Positions 1 through 10,392 of a DNA stretch of 64,000 bases are shown here, piece after piece. The DNA is from an uncultured Hyphomicrobiales bacterium. GTDB lineage: Bacteria; Bacteroidota; Ignavibacteria; Kapaibacteriales; UBA2268. Below the pieces are notes generated by a model, which saw only the letters and a list, made by a program, of their open reading frames with translations, was not told where the DNA came from and did not search any database. The stretch's first letter is position 1. Each line of letters begins with the position of its first letter. Both the position numbers and the translations under genes were made by a program. The stretch covers positions 17,735-81,734 of the forward strand of contig CAZWLN010000009.1 of NCBI GenBank assembly GCA_964634885.1, given 5' to 3'.

Positions 1-2
1 AT

Positions 3-1124
3 TTATTCGGCCATCAACCTGTAAACCTGGTGTCCACTGTGGGCAAAGCCGTCGAAGTAACCGGTGAACCATTGGTTCAGGGCAATGCCTCCTGCTTCGG
101 AGGCTGAGAGGTCTTGAGGAGTTTCAACGCCACCGGTCCTGATAACATGGAATTCCTCGCGGAGCGTCTTCGTTTTGACATATGACGAGGCAATCGAAGC
201 CAGCTTCAGTGATTGTTCCCTGAGGGGCCTGCCGCTGACACCGCCGCCGAACCTGCTGCAGAAGTAATTGAAACACTTCTTTTCCGAAGGTTCAATCATC
301 GTTTCGATATGCTGATAATTGACTGAGGTATTGCCCAGGTTAATGCCTCCGAAACCAAGATCGGTAAGGATGTCGATCAAAGGCGGCAGCAAAGCCTCGT
401 CAGTGTCGTTCGACAGCTTGACGATGAGGGGCAGGTTTCTCGGCTTCAGCCTGATGAAGTTCTTTGCAATGTATTCCAGCCTGGAGATGAGGAGTGAATC
501 GAGTCCGGAAGAATCCACATGATTGTCATGGGGAACGTTGGGGCAGCTTTCGTTTATCTCGATGAAATCGACAGCGGCTCGCTCGTAGAGCTTGATGCCG
601 ACAACGAGGCCTTTGGCAGCTTCGTTGCCTGAGAGGCCGGGGTTGGCTGCAATGCTTGCACCGATGGGGCAGTATTCTTGTTTAGAGAGAAATGACAAGG
701 CCTTTGCAACGGTTGCGTGCCCCGGATTGGGCAGGCCCATCCAGTTGGAAGCCGCGTGAGAACTGGGATAGGGCATGAAAGGATGATTGATCATCATCCG
801 TTTGTTCCCTTTGATAGGCCTGGCAGTGGTCGTGCCTGCGAGGTATGCGCCGGCACCCTGTAAGGTCACGGTGTAATAGGCCTCGCCCTTTTTGAACATA
901 CCTGCCGCGTTGAAGATATTGGAGGCGAAACCGATGTCCCACAATGTCTTACGGCAGGAAGCGGGAGGGGAGTAGCTTTTCTTGCCGGGACGGTCTTTAG
1001 CCAGCATCGACAGGAATAATTTCCTGCCGTATGAATAGACGAAAGCCGGGAAAAACGGCGGCAGTTTCAGGACCAGGCTTCTCAGTCGCAGATCTGACTT
1101 TGCAGTAAATTCACATAAGCTCAC
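3..1124 (-). CDS. pyrD: Dihydroorotate dehydrogenase (quinone), class 2; C-terminal end runs to the window edge
   Basis: 373-aa translation with class-2 DHODH motifs (GLPNPG, EINESCPN, GGI...TG); no stop before coordinate 3. Confidence 0.85.
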   Translation of the reverse strand: MSLCEFTAKSDLRLRSLVLKLPPFFPAFVYSYGRKLFLSMLAKDRPGKKSYSPPASCRKTLWDIGFASNIFNAAGMFKKGEAYYTVTLQGAGAYLAGTTTARPIKGNKRMMINHPFMPYPSSHAASNWMGLPNPGHATVAKALSFLSKQEYCPIGASIAANPGLSGNEAAKGLVVGIKLYERAAVDFIEINESCPNVPHDNHVDSSGLDSLLISRLEYIAKNFIRLKPRNLPLIVKLSNDTDEALLPPLIDILTDLGFGGINLGNTSVNYQHIETMIEPSEKKCFNYFCSRFGGGVSGRPLREQSLKLASIASSYVKTKTLREEFHVIRTGGVETPQDLSASEAGGIALNQWFTGYFDGFAHSGHQVYRLMAE

Positions 1125-1144
1125 TATTCTATCCGCCTTTGCTC

Positions 1145-2884
1145 TTACAATTCTTTTCTCAGACGTGCAACCGGTATTCTTAGTTGCTCCCGGTATTTCG
1201 CAACAGTCCTGCGTGCCACGTTGTAACCTTTGACTTTCAGGTCGTGAGCAATTTTATCATCGCTCAGTGGTTTCTTCTTCGATTCCTGGTCAATTATTTC
1301 CTTTATTATGTTTTTGATGACAGTGGTGGAAATCTCCTCGCCGTCTTCGTTGGGCAGCGCTTCGCTGAAGAAATACTTCAGTTCATAGGTGCCGAAGGAG
1401 GTCTGGACGTATTTCCCGTTTACAATCCTGCACACGGTGGAAATGTCCAGGCCGGTCTTTTCCGAAACATCTTTGTAAATCAGGGGTTTCAGGCCTTGTT
1501 CGCCCTTGTCGAAGAAATCGCGCTGCAGGGCGGCAATCGCTGTCATTACTTTCAGCATCGTAATCTTGCGCTGGCGTATGGCCTGGATGAGAAACTTGGC
1601 GTCTTCGTACTTATTCCTGATCCATTCGCGTGTTTCTTTGTTGAACATTTTATAGTTGGACTGGCGTTTTATTCTTTCGTAGGCCGGGCTAAGCTTAAGA
1701 GTAGGTATCCTGCTGTCGTTGACGGTAATCAGCAATTCGTCTGAGTCTTCTTCTTTTTCGATGACGAAGTCGGGAAGGACAGTGTTGATCTCAGCCTGGA
1801 AATCACCGCCGCCCGGTTTGGGATTGAGGGTGCGAATGTAGTCGAGCGCTTCCTTGAGGTAATCTTCGGTAACTTCGAGTTGCTTGATGATGACATGGTA
1901 GTGTTTCATCGAAAAAGCTTCGTATGCATCGCGCAGTATCTCAATTGCCAGTTTCTGTGCCGCATTCGGCTTGGGTATGGCATAGAGCTGCGCCAGCAGG
2001 CATTCTCTCATGTTCCTTGAGCCAATGCCGGGAGGTTCGAGGCTCTGGATGACCTTAAGCATTTTCTCAGCTTCGGCTGAAGTAATAGGTTTGAAGAAAT
2101 CAATTTTTTTCTCTTCAATCGAAGATTCGACCATTACTTCTTCGTCTTCAAATCCTTCTGTCTCGAGGTAATCATAGTTCTCCCCTGTCATGCTCAGGAC
2201 GTTCCTGTCGATTGCAAACTGGCGGGCAGGATTGTCGGTCGCCTCGCTGCCGTTTCCGTTCCCGTTGCCGTTATTTTTTACTGCATTGAGTGATTGCTGT
2301 GCTTCGTAGTTGATCTCTGCGAACAGTTCGTTTGTTTCGGAAATGATTTCCTGCAGGTCGCGCCTGAGGTATCCGTCATCGTCGATGTTACCGAGTAACT
2401 GCTCACCGAGGAAATGCAGTTCCTTGGGAAGGCTCAGAAGCCTTAGCTGTTCGGCCAGGTCTTCGATGAAAGAAACGTGTGCCTTGATCTGGAACGGTTC
2501 ATTGTCGTCGTCGTCGCCCATTCCCTGTTTTCCTTTGGAAGCAGAATAGCTGTCTTCCTGCCATATCATTTTGTAGAACTCGAAGGGGTCCTGTTCTTCG
2601 TCGATACGGCTTTTGAAGTCTGTTGCTTCATCATGGTAATCACTGTCCGGCACAGGTGAATCAGAGTATTCTTGTGGGAACTCAGGGGCATCCTCGCTGC
2701 CGAAATCAGCGTCGGGGCTTGGGATGTCTGTTTCGGCAGAATCGAGCATCGGATTCTGTTCAATCTCCTGTATTACCTGTTGTTCGAGCTGAATGACAGG
2801 CAACTGCAACAGTTTCAGGTACTGAATCTGCTGAGGAGTCAGTGTTTGTGTTAACGAAGTCTTTAGGTCGAGAGACAGTTTCAT
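1145..2884 (-). CDS. rpoN: RNA polymerase sigma-54 factor
   Basis: Gln/Leu-rich N-terminal region I (LTQTLTPQQIQYLKLLQLP), acidic linker, C-terminal RpoN box (ARRTVAKYREQLRIPVARLRK). Confidence 0.95.
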   Translation of the reverse strand: MKLSLDLKTSLTQTLTPQQIQYLKLLQLPVIQLEQQVIQEIEQNPMLDSAETDIPSPDADFGSEDAPEFPQEYSDSPVPDSDYHDEATDFKSRIDEEQDPFEFYKMIWQEDSYSASKGKQGMGDDDDNEPFQIKAHVSFIEDLAEQLRLLSLPKELHFLGEQLLGNIDDDGYLRRDLQEIISETNELFAEINYEAQQSLNAVKNNGNGNGNGSEATDNPARQFAIDRNVLSMTGENYDYLETEGFEDEEVMVESSIEEKKIDFFKPITSAEAEKMLKVIQSLEPPGIGSRNMRECLLAQLYAIPKPNAAQKLAIEILRDAYEAFSMKHYHVIIKQLEVTEDYLKEALDYIRTLNPKPGGGDFQAEINTVLPDFVIEKEEDSDELLITVNDSRIPTLKLSPAYERIKRQSNYKMFNKETREWIRNKYEDAKFLIQAIRQRKITMLKVMTAIAALQRDFFDKGEQGLKPLIYKDVSEKTGLDISTVCRIVNGKYVQTSFGTYELKYFFSEALPNEDGEEISTTVIKNIIKEIIDQESKKKPLSDDKIAHDLKVKGYNVARRTVAKYREQLRIPVARLRKEL

Positions 2885-2904
2885 ATTTTTCTCATTTCAT
2901 TAAT

Positions 2905-3477
2905 TTACTTATTCAGTAACGAGCCTGTTTTGACATAATTGTCAAGGAAATCGTACCATTCTTCACCGAAAGCCCTGACGAGGGCGCTTTTCAGGGACTG
3001 GTGCATCAGTACCCTGTTCCGGGCGCCGTTTTGCAGCGCTGTCCGGCACTCGTCAATCTTCTCATAGTGAAGATAGGTGCCGCCGTAGTTCTTCACCCTA
3101 ATCGGGAACAGGTGGCAGGACAAAGGTTTCCTGAAAGTGGACTTTCCGTCAAAGTATGCTTTCTCCAAAGCACACTTTGCGACGTCTCCCTCGTAATAGA
3201 CAAATACACAGTCTCGCTTGTTGATGCAAACGGTAGTGTATGCGCCGGGGTAGCCGTCCACTATCCCTTTCTTCTGTATTATGTCCAAAGAACGCTTTGA
3301 AAGATACTGTTTTGCGATTTCTGCGTTTGTCGTCAGAACGTCGATCTCTTCGTCAAGTACAGGAGCCCCGAACTCGCCTTCGAAGGTGCAGCAGGCTCCT
3401 TTGCATTGCTCCAGGTCGCACATAAAGAATGTACCCGGTATGTCTGCGTCGATTAAAATATTGTCAATTAAAAACAT
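2905..3477 (-). CDS. Cys-rich DUF3109-family protein of the kind commonly found next to rpoN in Bacteroidota
   Basis: 190-aa ORF immediately downstream of rpoN; conserved cysteine clusters (CDLEQCKGACC); family call from memory only. Confidence 0.5.
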   Translation of the reverse strand: MFLIDNILIDADIPGTFFMCDLEQCKGACCTFEGEFGAPVLDEEIDVLTTNAEIAKQYLSKRSLDIIQKKGIVDGYPGAYTTVCINKRDCVFVYYEGDVAKCALEKAYFDGKSTFRKPLSCHLFPIRVKNYGGTYLHYEKIDECRTALQNGARNRVLMHQSLKSALVRAFGEEWYDFLDNYVKTGSLLNK

Positions 3478-3629
3478 TCCATTATGTAATTATACTAAAT
3501 AAAAACTATTTATCGAAGTGAAAAATAAGAAAAATTGGTATTTATAAAAAATTCGTGCCAATTTTTTTTTCTTTTTATAAAAAAAAATTTAAATGATTTG
3601 AAAATGAAGATACTTTTAGCTAAATTAAC

Positions 3630-6590
3630 TTGTTTTGTATTGAATTTGGAAAGATGACAGCCATGAGAAAAATTAATATAATAGCCCTGGCAATTATTTT
3701 GCTCAGTGTCTTTTGTGCAGTTGCCGAAGATATGGACAAGACCATCAAGGAGATGAAGCAGGCAAGGAAACTGTTCCGCCGCCACATGCAGTATGCTCAT
3801 CCCAGGCCGGTTGTGCCTCAGGTTGTGCCCGGAACCGAAGACGCCAGGGTACCGGTTCTCCAGGAAGAGTCGGCTTCTCTTTTCATCAATGTCAACGCCA
3901 TCGACAGTGAAAAAGGGATTTCTTCTTCACAACTAATGCAGAACGAATCGTCGGTTGCGGTCAATCCGCTTAATACGAAGAATCTCATCGCTTCGGCTGT
4001 CGATTACCGCGACACGTCCGCCGCCTGGGTCTATGTGTCGCACGACGGCGGTAAGACCTGGACGAATATCAAACTGGGAAGGCCATTTGTTGGCTGGACT
4101 TCTTCAAACGATCCGTCCGTTGCCTTCGACCCCGACGGAAACGGGTACATGGTTTACGGCGCCTTCGGCGATTTTGACGATTCCACCAACCAGCTTGTCG
4201 GTGAAAACGGGATTTTCATGGCAAAGACTACAGACCAGGGTTACACATGGAGAGCGCATATACCGATCATCTATCACAGGGGGACACAGACTCTCGATTC
4301 CACCTTCGAGGATAAGTATTACATTACAATCGACAATTCACCGTCGTCGCCTCAGTACAAGCACATGTATATACCCTGGAAAAGGATGTTCGCCCGCGAC
4401 TCTGCAACACAGATCGTCATGGCCAAATCCACCGACAGGGGAGAAACCTGGAGCTTGCCGGTACCGGTGAGCAACAAGATCAGGAATACCTCCGAAGACA
4501 CTACCTACGGCCAAAGCTTCCCCTTGATTGCCTGCGGGCCGGAAGGCGAGGTCTATGCCGTCTGGAACCACGGTACAGCCCACGGTGTCGGCTTTGCCAG
4601 GTCAACCGACGGAGGAGCCACATTCTCCTCTCCGAAGATTATACAGAATTATGAAATATTCGGTACTACGAGAGATATTTCTACTGAAGCCGGTGTCGAG
4701 GAATGGAGGCATACGCTCAAGGGTAAAGTGCGCGCCGAATCCTATCCTGTAATTGCTACCGACATTCGCGAAGGAGGCCGTAAAGGATATATCTATCTCT
4801 GTTGGGCCGGCGGCAATGTCCCCGATATTTTCTTTTCGAGATCGACCGACGGCGGAAACAACTGGAGTACACCCGTTGTCGTCCATTCGGACAAGGGCAA
4901 CGACCAGTTCTGGCCCTGGATGAATGTGGACCCGGTTACCGGCGACCTGATGATCAGCTACTTTGACAGCAGGAACGACAGCAGTAACAAGCTTGTCGAG
5001 TGTTTTGTAAGCTATTCTTCCGACGGTGGCCTGAACTGGATCGACCGGCGGGCAGCGGATTTCGCCCACGACCTCAGTAAGAATCCGTTCTATGGGCACT
5101 TTGCAGGCGATTACAGCGGACTGGCGTTCTACAACGGCATCGGCTATCCCACCTGGGTGGATATGCGCAATGTTACTCCGCCTTATTACTGCGACAGCGA
5201 TGTCTATTCAGCCATCGTCAATACACGGGTGCCTGCTCCTTCCGAAGATCTGGAGGTTACGGTAATACCCGAAGAAACAGGGAAACTGAAACTGACATGG
5301 ACACCTGTTTACAAAAGGGCATTCGGCCAGCCCATTACACCCGATGAACTGACGTTCAGCCTGTTCAGGGACGGAAAATATCTTGCAACCATTGAGGGCG
5401 GGGTCGCCGAGTACCTGGACGAAGGGCTTACTCCTTACAAGGAATACCACTACGACTTGTACAGCGTTATTGCTTCCGACACAAGTACTCCTGCAATCGA
5501 CTCCGGTTTTGCCGGCGGCTCCGAAGCTCCGGGCAAGCCGCAGATTGTTTCATGGAACAACAGCGACAACAACGAGGTTACGCTAAGTGCAAAGCTGCCG
5601 GTTTTCAGGGAAGACGGCCAGACACGCCTTGTCAATCTTGCAGGCGTTGCAATATACAGGAATAATGTTTTTGTAAAAAATGTATCACTCAGTACGGCAG
5701 ACACCGGAAAGACAGTGGAAGTAAAGGATACGCCAGAAAACAGGGGATGGTATTCGTACAAACTGAAAGTCTTCGACAACAGTCAAACTCCGAATCTGAG
5801 CGAATTCAGCGCCGATCAGCTGCTTTACACCGGCGCCCTTCCCAATACCGTTGACGAGAGCTTCGAGGGCGCTGTTTCCACTTCATGGTATGAGAACAAG
5901 TGGGGGATTGCCTCTTCATTCGCAAGAACCGGTAAGAATTCATTGACAGATTCGCCTACAGGTAATTATGAAAATAACAAGTCAACATCTGCAATGTTGT
6001 TCCCTGTTCGAATAAAAAGTGAGAACTGCGCAATCAGCTTCTGGCACGCAGCAATCGTAGAAGCCAAAGACACTGCTTTCTTCGAGTATTCCGACGACCG
6101 TGGAGTGACCTGGAACCAGCTTGGCGGGTACAATATGGCGGGCTATGAAAACTGGCAGGACCAGACTCTGGAGCAGGCAGACTGGAAGTACGAGTCCTTT
6201 ACAAAACAGTTTACGGGCAAAGACATAATCTTCAGATTCAGGCTGTCTTCCAGCATCTTCGTTAACAAGGACGGCTGGTATATCGACGATTTTAAGGTAC
6301 AGGACGCTAACTCGGTTGAAGAGGGCAGCCCGTCGGCGGCGCTCGTTGCCTGGCCCAATCCTGCAACGGACAGGCTCTTTGTGAGGCTTCCGGCAAACCA
6401 GGCCGCTTCTGTCAGGAGTGTAGAAATATGCGACCTCTACGGCAGGCAGGTTCTGTCGGGAACAGGCTCTACCGAAGAGAACGGGGTGATCGGCATCGAT
6501 CTGCGTGGCTTTGTGAACGGCGTCTATTATATCAGCGTAGAACTGGACAACGGCAATACTTACAGGCACAATTTCCTCGTTGCGAGGTAA
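3630..6590 (+). CDS. BNR/Asp-box repeat sialidase-like glycoside hydrolase with T9SS C-terminal sorting domain; true start probably at about 3654 (MTAMRK, signal peptide)
   Basis: Five SxDxGxTW Asp-box motifs (SHDGGKTW, STDRGETW, STDGGATF, STDGGNNW, SSDGGLNW), signal peptide, C-terminus GVYYISVELDNGNTYRHNFLVAR typical of Por/T9SS CTD. Confidence 0.7.
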   Translation: MFCIEFGKMTAMRKINIIALAIILLSVFCAVAEDMDKTIKEMKQARKLFRRHMQYAHPRPVVPQVVPGTEDARVPVLQEESASLFINVNAIDSEKGISSSQLMQNESSVAVNPLNTKNLIASAVDYRDTSAAWVYVSHDGGKTWTNIKLGRPFVGWTSSNDPSVAFDPDGNGYMVYGAFGDFDDSTNQLVGENGIFMAKTTDQGYTWRAHIPIIYHRGTQTLDSTFEDKYYITIDNSPSSPQYKHMYIPWKRMFARDSATQIVMAKSTDRGETWSLPVPVSNKIRNTSEDTTYGQSFPLIACGPEGEVYAVWNHGTAHGVGFARSTDGGATFSSPKIIQNYEIFGTTRDISTEAGVEEWRHTLKGKVRAESYPVIATDIREGGRKGYIYLCWAGGNVPDIFFSRSTDGGNNWSTPVVVHSDKGNDQFWPWMNVDPVTGDLMISYFDSRNDSSNKLVECFVSYSSDGGLNWIDRRAADFAHDLSKNPFYGHFAGDYSGLAFYNGIGYPTWVDMRNVTPPYYCDSDVYSAIVNTRVPAPSEDLEVTVIPEETGKLKLTWTPVYKRAFGQPITPDELTFSLFRDGKYLATIEGGVAEYLDEGLTPYKEYHYDLYSVIASDTSTPAIDSGFAGGSEAPGKPQIVSWNNSDNNEVTLSAKLPVFREDGQTRLVNLAGVAIYRNNVFVKNVSLSTADTGKTVEVKDTPENRGWYSYKLKVFDNSQTPNLSEFSADQLLYTGALPNTVDESFEGAVSTSWYENKWGIASSFARTGKNSLTDSPTGNYENNKSTSAMLFPVRIKSENCAISFWHAAIVEAKDTAFFEYSDDRGVTWNQLGGYNMAGYENWQDQTLEQADWKYESFTKQFTGKDIIFRFRLSSSIFVNKDGWYIDDFKVQDANSVEEGSPSAALVAWPNPATDRLFVRLPANQAASVRSVEICDLYGRQVLSGTGSTEENGVIGIDLRGFVNGVYYISVELDNGNTYRHNFLVAR

Positions 6591-6947
6591 AAGCTTTTGT
6601 CTCTGTAATTAATAGTACGGATGAAAAACGATATATATACTTTCCGAATTGTGTTTTAAAGGATTCGGCCAGGGGGCAGGCTCCTATATCCCTCATGTGC
6701 TTCTCTGCCTTATGATTGACTGCAATGCCGGGCCTTACCACACAGTGGGAAGTCGCCAATGGGGAATGATTCCAGTGGAAACGTGAGTCTTTCAATTATT
6801 TCACAATATCCGGTAATAATTGAACTCAATATGTGAAGCGAATAAGAATGAATTGAAGATAAATCTTTTTATAAAAATTTTGTAACGTTTTCATTATTGA
6901 TGTGTCTATGATTATGTGAAATAGTAACTTACAAACAGGAGATCATC

Positions 6948-9038
6948 ATGAAAAGATTTTACGTTTTACTATTCTCAATCATAGTCATTACTGCTTATAG
7001 TGCATATCCTTACGATGTAAAATATCTTAGTAACGGAATCCCCGATAAAGCCTTCTTCAGCCCCGACGGCTCCAGGCTTGCTTCCTGTGGCGGAGGGGGT
7101 ATCTGCATTTGGGATGCTGCAACATTTGATACCATATTGACTATCAGGGAAAATACCGGTTTTGTGGAATGCATTGCGTACAGTCCTGACGGAAAGGCAA
7201 TTGTCAGTGGGAGTAAGGAATCCGTTAAACTCCGGGATGCGAATACAGGTAAAGAAATCATGACCATGCCGGGAGATAATAAATTTATTTCAATTGTCAG
7301 ATTCAGCCCGGATGGAACTCAAATTTACTCATCGGGTGAATCGGGTATAAAAATCTGGGATGCAAAAACCGGAGCCTTCATCAGGACATTGGAAAATAGT
7401 ATGTTGCCGGTTCTGGATCTCAGTATCAGCCCGGACGGCACAAAAGCAGCTGCCAGCAGTATCAATATAAATGTAATATGGGACACTAACACCGGTGAAA
7501 TAATCACGACTTTACCCGGAGATGATAATATGGTGGCGGCCATTACTTTCAGCCCCGATGGCAGTAAACTCGCCTCTACGGCAGACACAATGATCTGCAT
7601 TTGGGATCCCAATACAGGTAAGTTGATAAGATCGCTAATCGGACATAAGTATCAGGTTACAAGCCTGGATTTCAGTCCGGACGGCAGCCGGCTGGCCAGT
7701 GGCAGCAGTGATGGGATGAAGTTTTGGGACGCTGCTACCGGTGCTATGATCAGGTCAATTGCCGTAGATGAAAATGAAATACATAACCTGGACTATAGTC
7801 CGGATGGAACTACTATTGCCGGTACAAGCAAATATTACTGGATAAAGGTGTGGAATGTCGCAACAGGTGATTTATTAAACACTTTATCGGGATATGGCGA
7901 AGGTGTATTAGGGGTAGGATACAGTTCTGACAGTAAAAAAATTGCGAGCGCTACCAGTCGGGCAATAACCCTGTGGGATGCGGAAACGACACAACAAATT
8001 AAGATATTGAACGAAAAAGGGTTATTCATTAATGAACTCTGTTGCAGCCCCGACGGGAGTAAAGCTGCAATTGCAATAAGTGATTCAGTTAAAGTCATGG
8101 ATTTGGAAACCGGTATGATGATTGAAAAACTTACCGGCCACAGCAATATCGTGTCTTCTGTCAGCTTCAGTCCTGACGGCAGCAAAATTGCCAGTGGCAG
8201 TGGTGATCAATCGGTCAGGATTTGGGATGTTAATTCGGGAAAACTCATTGTAACATTGTATAGCAATGCAAAAAGTGTTTTCTGTGTGCGTTTCAGTCCT
8301 GACGGGAAAAAAATTGCCGCCTCATGCGGCGATACAACCATAAAGATATGGGATTTGGAGACATACAATATTACCAACATCATTAATGACGCTGAAAGCT
8401 TTGTTTTTTGTATGGATTTCAGTCCTGACGGGAAAAATCTTGTAAGCGAGAGCAAATACAACATAATTAAGATTTGGGACATCGCTACTGGTAAAGTTCA
8501 GATGGAACTATACGGCCATAAAGACAGGATTAAAAGCATTCGCTATAGTCCGGACGGGAGGACGATGGCCAGTACGGGCTATGATCAAACCGTCAAATAC
8601 TGGAATGCCTCTACAGGCAAATTGATTGCTACTCTTACCGGTTCCAACGATTGGTGTTCAAGTCTCTGTTACAGCCCTGACGGGAGAAAAATTGTAGTCG
8701 GAAGCAAGGACGGCATGGTGAGGATCTGGAATGTGTCGGATATAAATTCAGTTGCAGATGAAGGAGCGGCCGAAGAGTCCGATGTATCGTCCTGGCTGGC
8801 GCCGAATCCTGCTTCCGGCCTACTTATCGTCGGGTTGCCGGCGGGTAAGGCTGACGAGATTAAAAGCATTGCAATCTATGACTTCAGCGGAAGGCTGGTT
8901 TCGAACCATAGCGGATACTTCACACACGGGAACCGTGTCAGTATTGACCTGAACGGTTTTCCAAAAGGTATATATTACGTATCCATCGAATTTAATAACG
9001 ATGCAGCTTACCGCCGGAGTTTCTTAGTTACAAAGTAA
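6948..9038 (+). CDS. WD40-repeat beta-propeller protein with T9SS C-terminal sorting domain
   Basis: About 14 repeats of (F/Y)SPDGxx(I/L)ASxxxDxx(I/V)(K/R)(I/L)WD; signal peptide; CTD ...GIYYVSIEFNNDAAYRRSFLVTK. Confidence 0.8.
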   Translation: MKRFYVLLFSIIVITAYSAYPYDVKYLSNGIPDKAFFSPDGSRLASCGGGGICIWDAATFDTILTIRENTGFVECIAYSPDGKAIVSGSKESVKLRDANTGKEIMTMPGDNKFISIVRFSPDGTQIYSSGESGIKIWDAKTGAFIRTLENSMLPVLDLSISPDGTKAAASSININVIWDTNTGEIITTLPGDDNMVAAITFSPDGSKLASTADTMICIWDPNTGKLIRSLIGHKYQVTSLDFSPDGSRLASGSSDGMKFWDAATGAMIRSIAVDENEIHNLDYSPDGTTIAGTSKYYWIKVWNVATGDLLNTLSGYGEGVLGVGYSSDSKKIASATSRAITLWDAETTQQIKILNEKGLFINELCCSPDGSKAAIAISDSVKVMDLETGMMIEKLTGHSNIVSSVSFSPDGSKIASGSGDQSVRIWDVNSGKLIVTLYSNAKSVFCVRFSPDGKKIAASCGDTTIKIWDLETYNITNIINDAESFVFCMDFSPDGKNLVSESKYNIIKIWDIATGKVQMELYGHKDRIKSIRYSPDGRTMASTGYDQTVKYWNASTGKLIATLTGSNDWCSSLCYSPDGRKIVVGSKDGMVRIWNVSDINSVADEGAAEESDVSSWLAPNPASGLLIVGLPAGKADEIKSIAIYDFSGRLVSNHSGYFTHGNRVSIDLNGFPKGIYYVSIEFNNDAAYRRSFLVTK

Positions 9039-9215
9039 AGACTTTATTACATAGAATTAGCAGGGTACGGTAAGGGCTTTGCTTCGTGAAGCGGTGTGGG
9101 ACAGTATTACTCTATCCCCTGTCTAAATAAAAAATTGTCATTGTCGATAATTTCTTAACTTTGCATTAGTTAAGTTAATGCTTGTAATGTGAACTTATAG
9201 AAAATTGAGGTTATA

Positions 9216-9893
9216 GTGAAAAAAATGATATTGTTGACGGTTCTTCTTTCAGCTGTGCTGTTTGGTTTCAATCCCACATTCTGCCTGGGGAACAACGAAC
9301 CCGAACGAAGGCAGTCCGTCCCCGAAGCGACAAAGGGAACAGATGGCGACAAAACAGACGATGAATTCGAATCATACTGGGCTTCTTTCGTTACTGCCCT
9401 GCAATCTGCCGACACCGAGACTTTGGGGAAACTGGTTTACAGTGGCGCCCTGTCGTTTGACCTGTCCTATGATGACCCCAAAGTAAGCTATGAAAAACTG
9501 GAAACAGCGGCGTATTGCGAAGGACTGAAAGAATACCTGAATCTCTTCAGCCATTCTAAGCTTCACGGCTCATACTATGAAACAGCCTTCGATACGAACT
9601 GGCAGCCTCTTGACTGTGTGTTCAGGTGTATCATGGTTGAAAAGATGGACACCACAAGGCCTTTGTTCAAATCGGCGATACATCCATTAGTACCGGAGAA
9701 GGATATAATTAAGAAGTTCAAGTTCCCTAAACAGTCTCCGGTTTACATTGTCGAGGTCTCGACGGAGATACTGGCGACCGAGTACTGCCAGCAGAACATC
9801 CAGGGCTATCCTGAAACACAGTTGGAGATGTTCTTTGCTAAAGTCGGCAGCGAGTTCAAATTAGTCGCAGTTACTTACACGGCGCCGGAGTAG
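9216..9893 (+). CDS. Hypothetical secreted protein or lipoprotein
   Basis: ORF with N-terminal signal peptide MKKMILLTVLLSAVLFGFNPTFC; no recognisable domain. Confidence 0.4.
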   Translation: MKKMILLTVLLSAVLFGFNPTFCLGNNEPERRQSVPEATKGTDGDKTDDEFESYWASFVTALQSADTETLGKLVYSGALSFDLSYDDPKVSYEKLETAAYCEGLKEYLNLFSHSKLHGSYYETAFDTNWQPLDCVFRCIMVEKMDTTRPLFKSAIHPLVPEKDIIKKFKFPKQSPVYIVEVSTEILATEYCQQNIQGYPETQLEMFFAKVGSEFKLVAVTYTAPE

Positions 9894-9925
9894 AGCCGAC
9901 GATTGAAAGGTGAAAAAAAGAAAAA

Positions 9926-9960
9926 GCCCGGCAGAATCAATGTTCTGCCGGGCTTTTTTT
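9926..9960 (+). terminator. Rho-independent terminator hairpin plus T-run
   Basis: gcccggcagaa-tcaatg-ttctgccgggc followed by ttttttt, directly after the 9216-9893 ORF and abutting the island direct repeat. Confidence 0.6.
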
Positions 9961-10004
9961 CGAGCCAACAGCCGGACTTGAACCGGCGACCTGCTCATTA
10001 CGAA
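9961..10004 (-). repeat. Left-end direct repeat (attR-like): 44-nt copy of the 3' half of tRNA-Thr, identical to 51016-51059
   Basis: cgagccaacagccggacttgaaccggcgacctgctcattacgaa found at both 9961-10004 and 51016-51059; only the right copy is a complete tRNA. Confidence 0.8.
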
Positions 10005-10069
10005 AGTTTTCCCGGAGATTTGTTAAATACACAGCTATCCTTGTTTCCCAACAATATCAGTAATCTTGA

Positions 10070-10087
10070 GGGACGGAAATGGGACGG
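10070..10087 (+). promoter_or_regulatory. 18-bp motif GGGACGGAAATGGGACGG (two GGGACGG heptamers 11 bp apart), copy 1 of 2; candidate integrase arm-type site
   Basis: Exact 18-mer also at 50873-50890, same orientation, each just inside an island end. Confidence 0.45.
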
Positions 10088-10392
10088 TTGATGCTGAGTT
10101 ATTGAAAACAACATTTGATATCAATCATTGAAAATATTTTCAAGTAAGTGAAACCTATATCTGGCAATGAGGTTATATAGTGTAATGGAAATTGAAAATA
10201 ATGAATAATAAACAAATTTATAATATTTTGTTTGTATATTTATAAAATATTTTGTATTATATTATTGGCTTGAAAATTGAAGAATAATATTTTCAATCCA
10301 TTAATATTTTAAGTAGATAGCATAGAGATTGATTGTAAAACTGTGCTATACTTTAAGTTATGAAGTACCATTAATATGTATTTGGAAAGCCA

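Noticed and set aside
1184-1744. 186-aa plus-strand ORF
   Set aside because: Entirely antisense within rpoN; no independent support.
3510-3800. 96-aa minus-strand ORF
   Set aside because: Lies in the AT-rich promoter and signal-peptide region of the sialidase-like gene; low-complexity K/F-rich translation.
9961-10004. Possible second tRNA gene
   Set aside because: Only the 3' 42 nt of tRNA-Thr plus 2 nt are present; no D-arm or acceptor 5' strand. It is an att duplication, not a gene.
9903-10091. 62-aa ORF on plus strand
   Set aside because: Spans a terminator hairpin and the tRNA-derived att repeat; composition and position argue it is non-coding.
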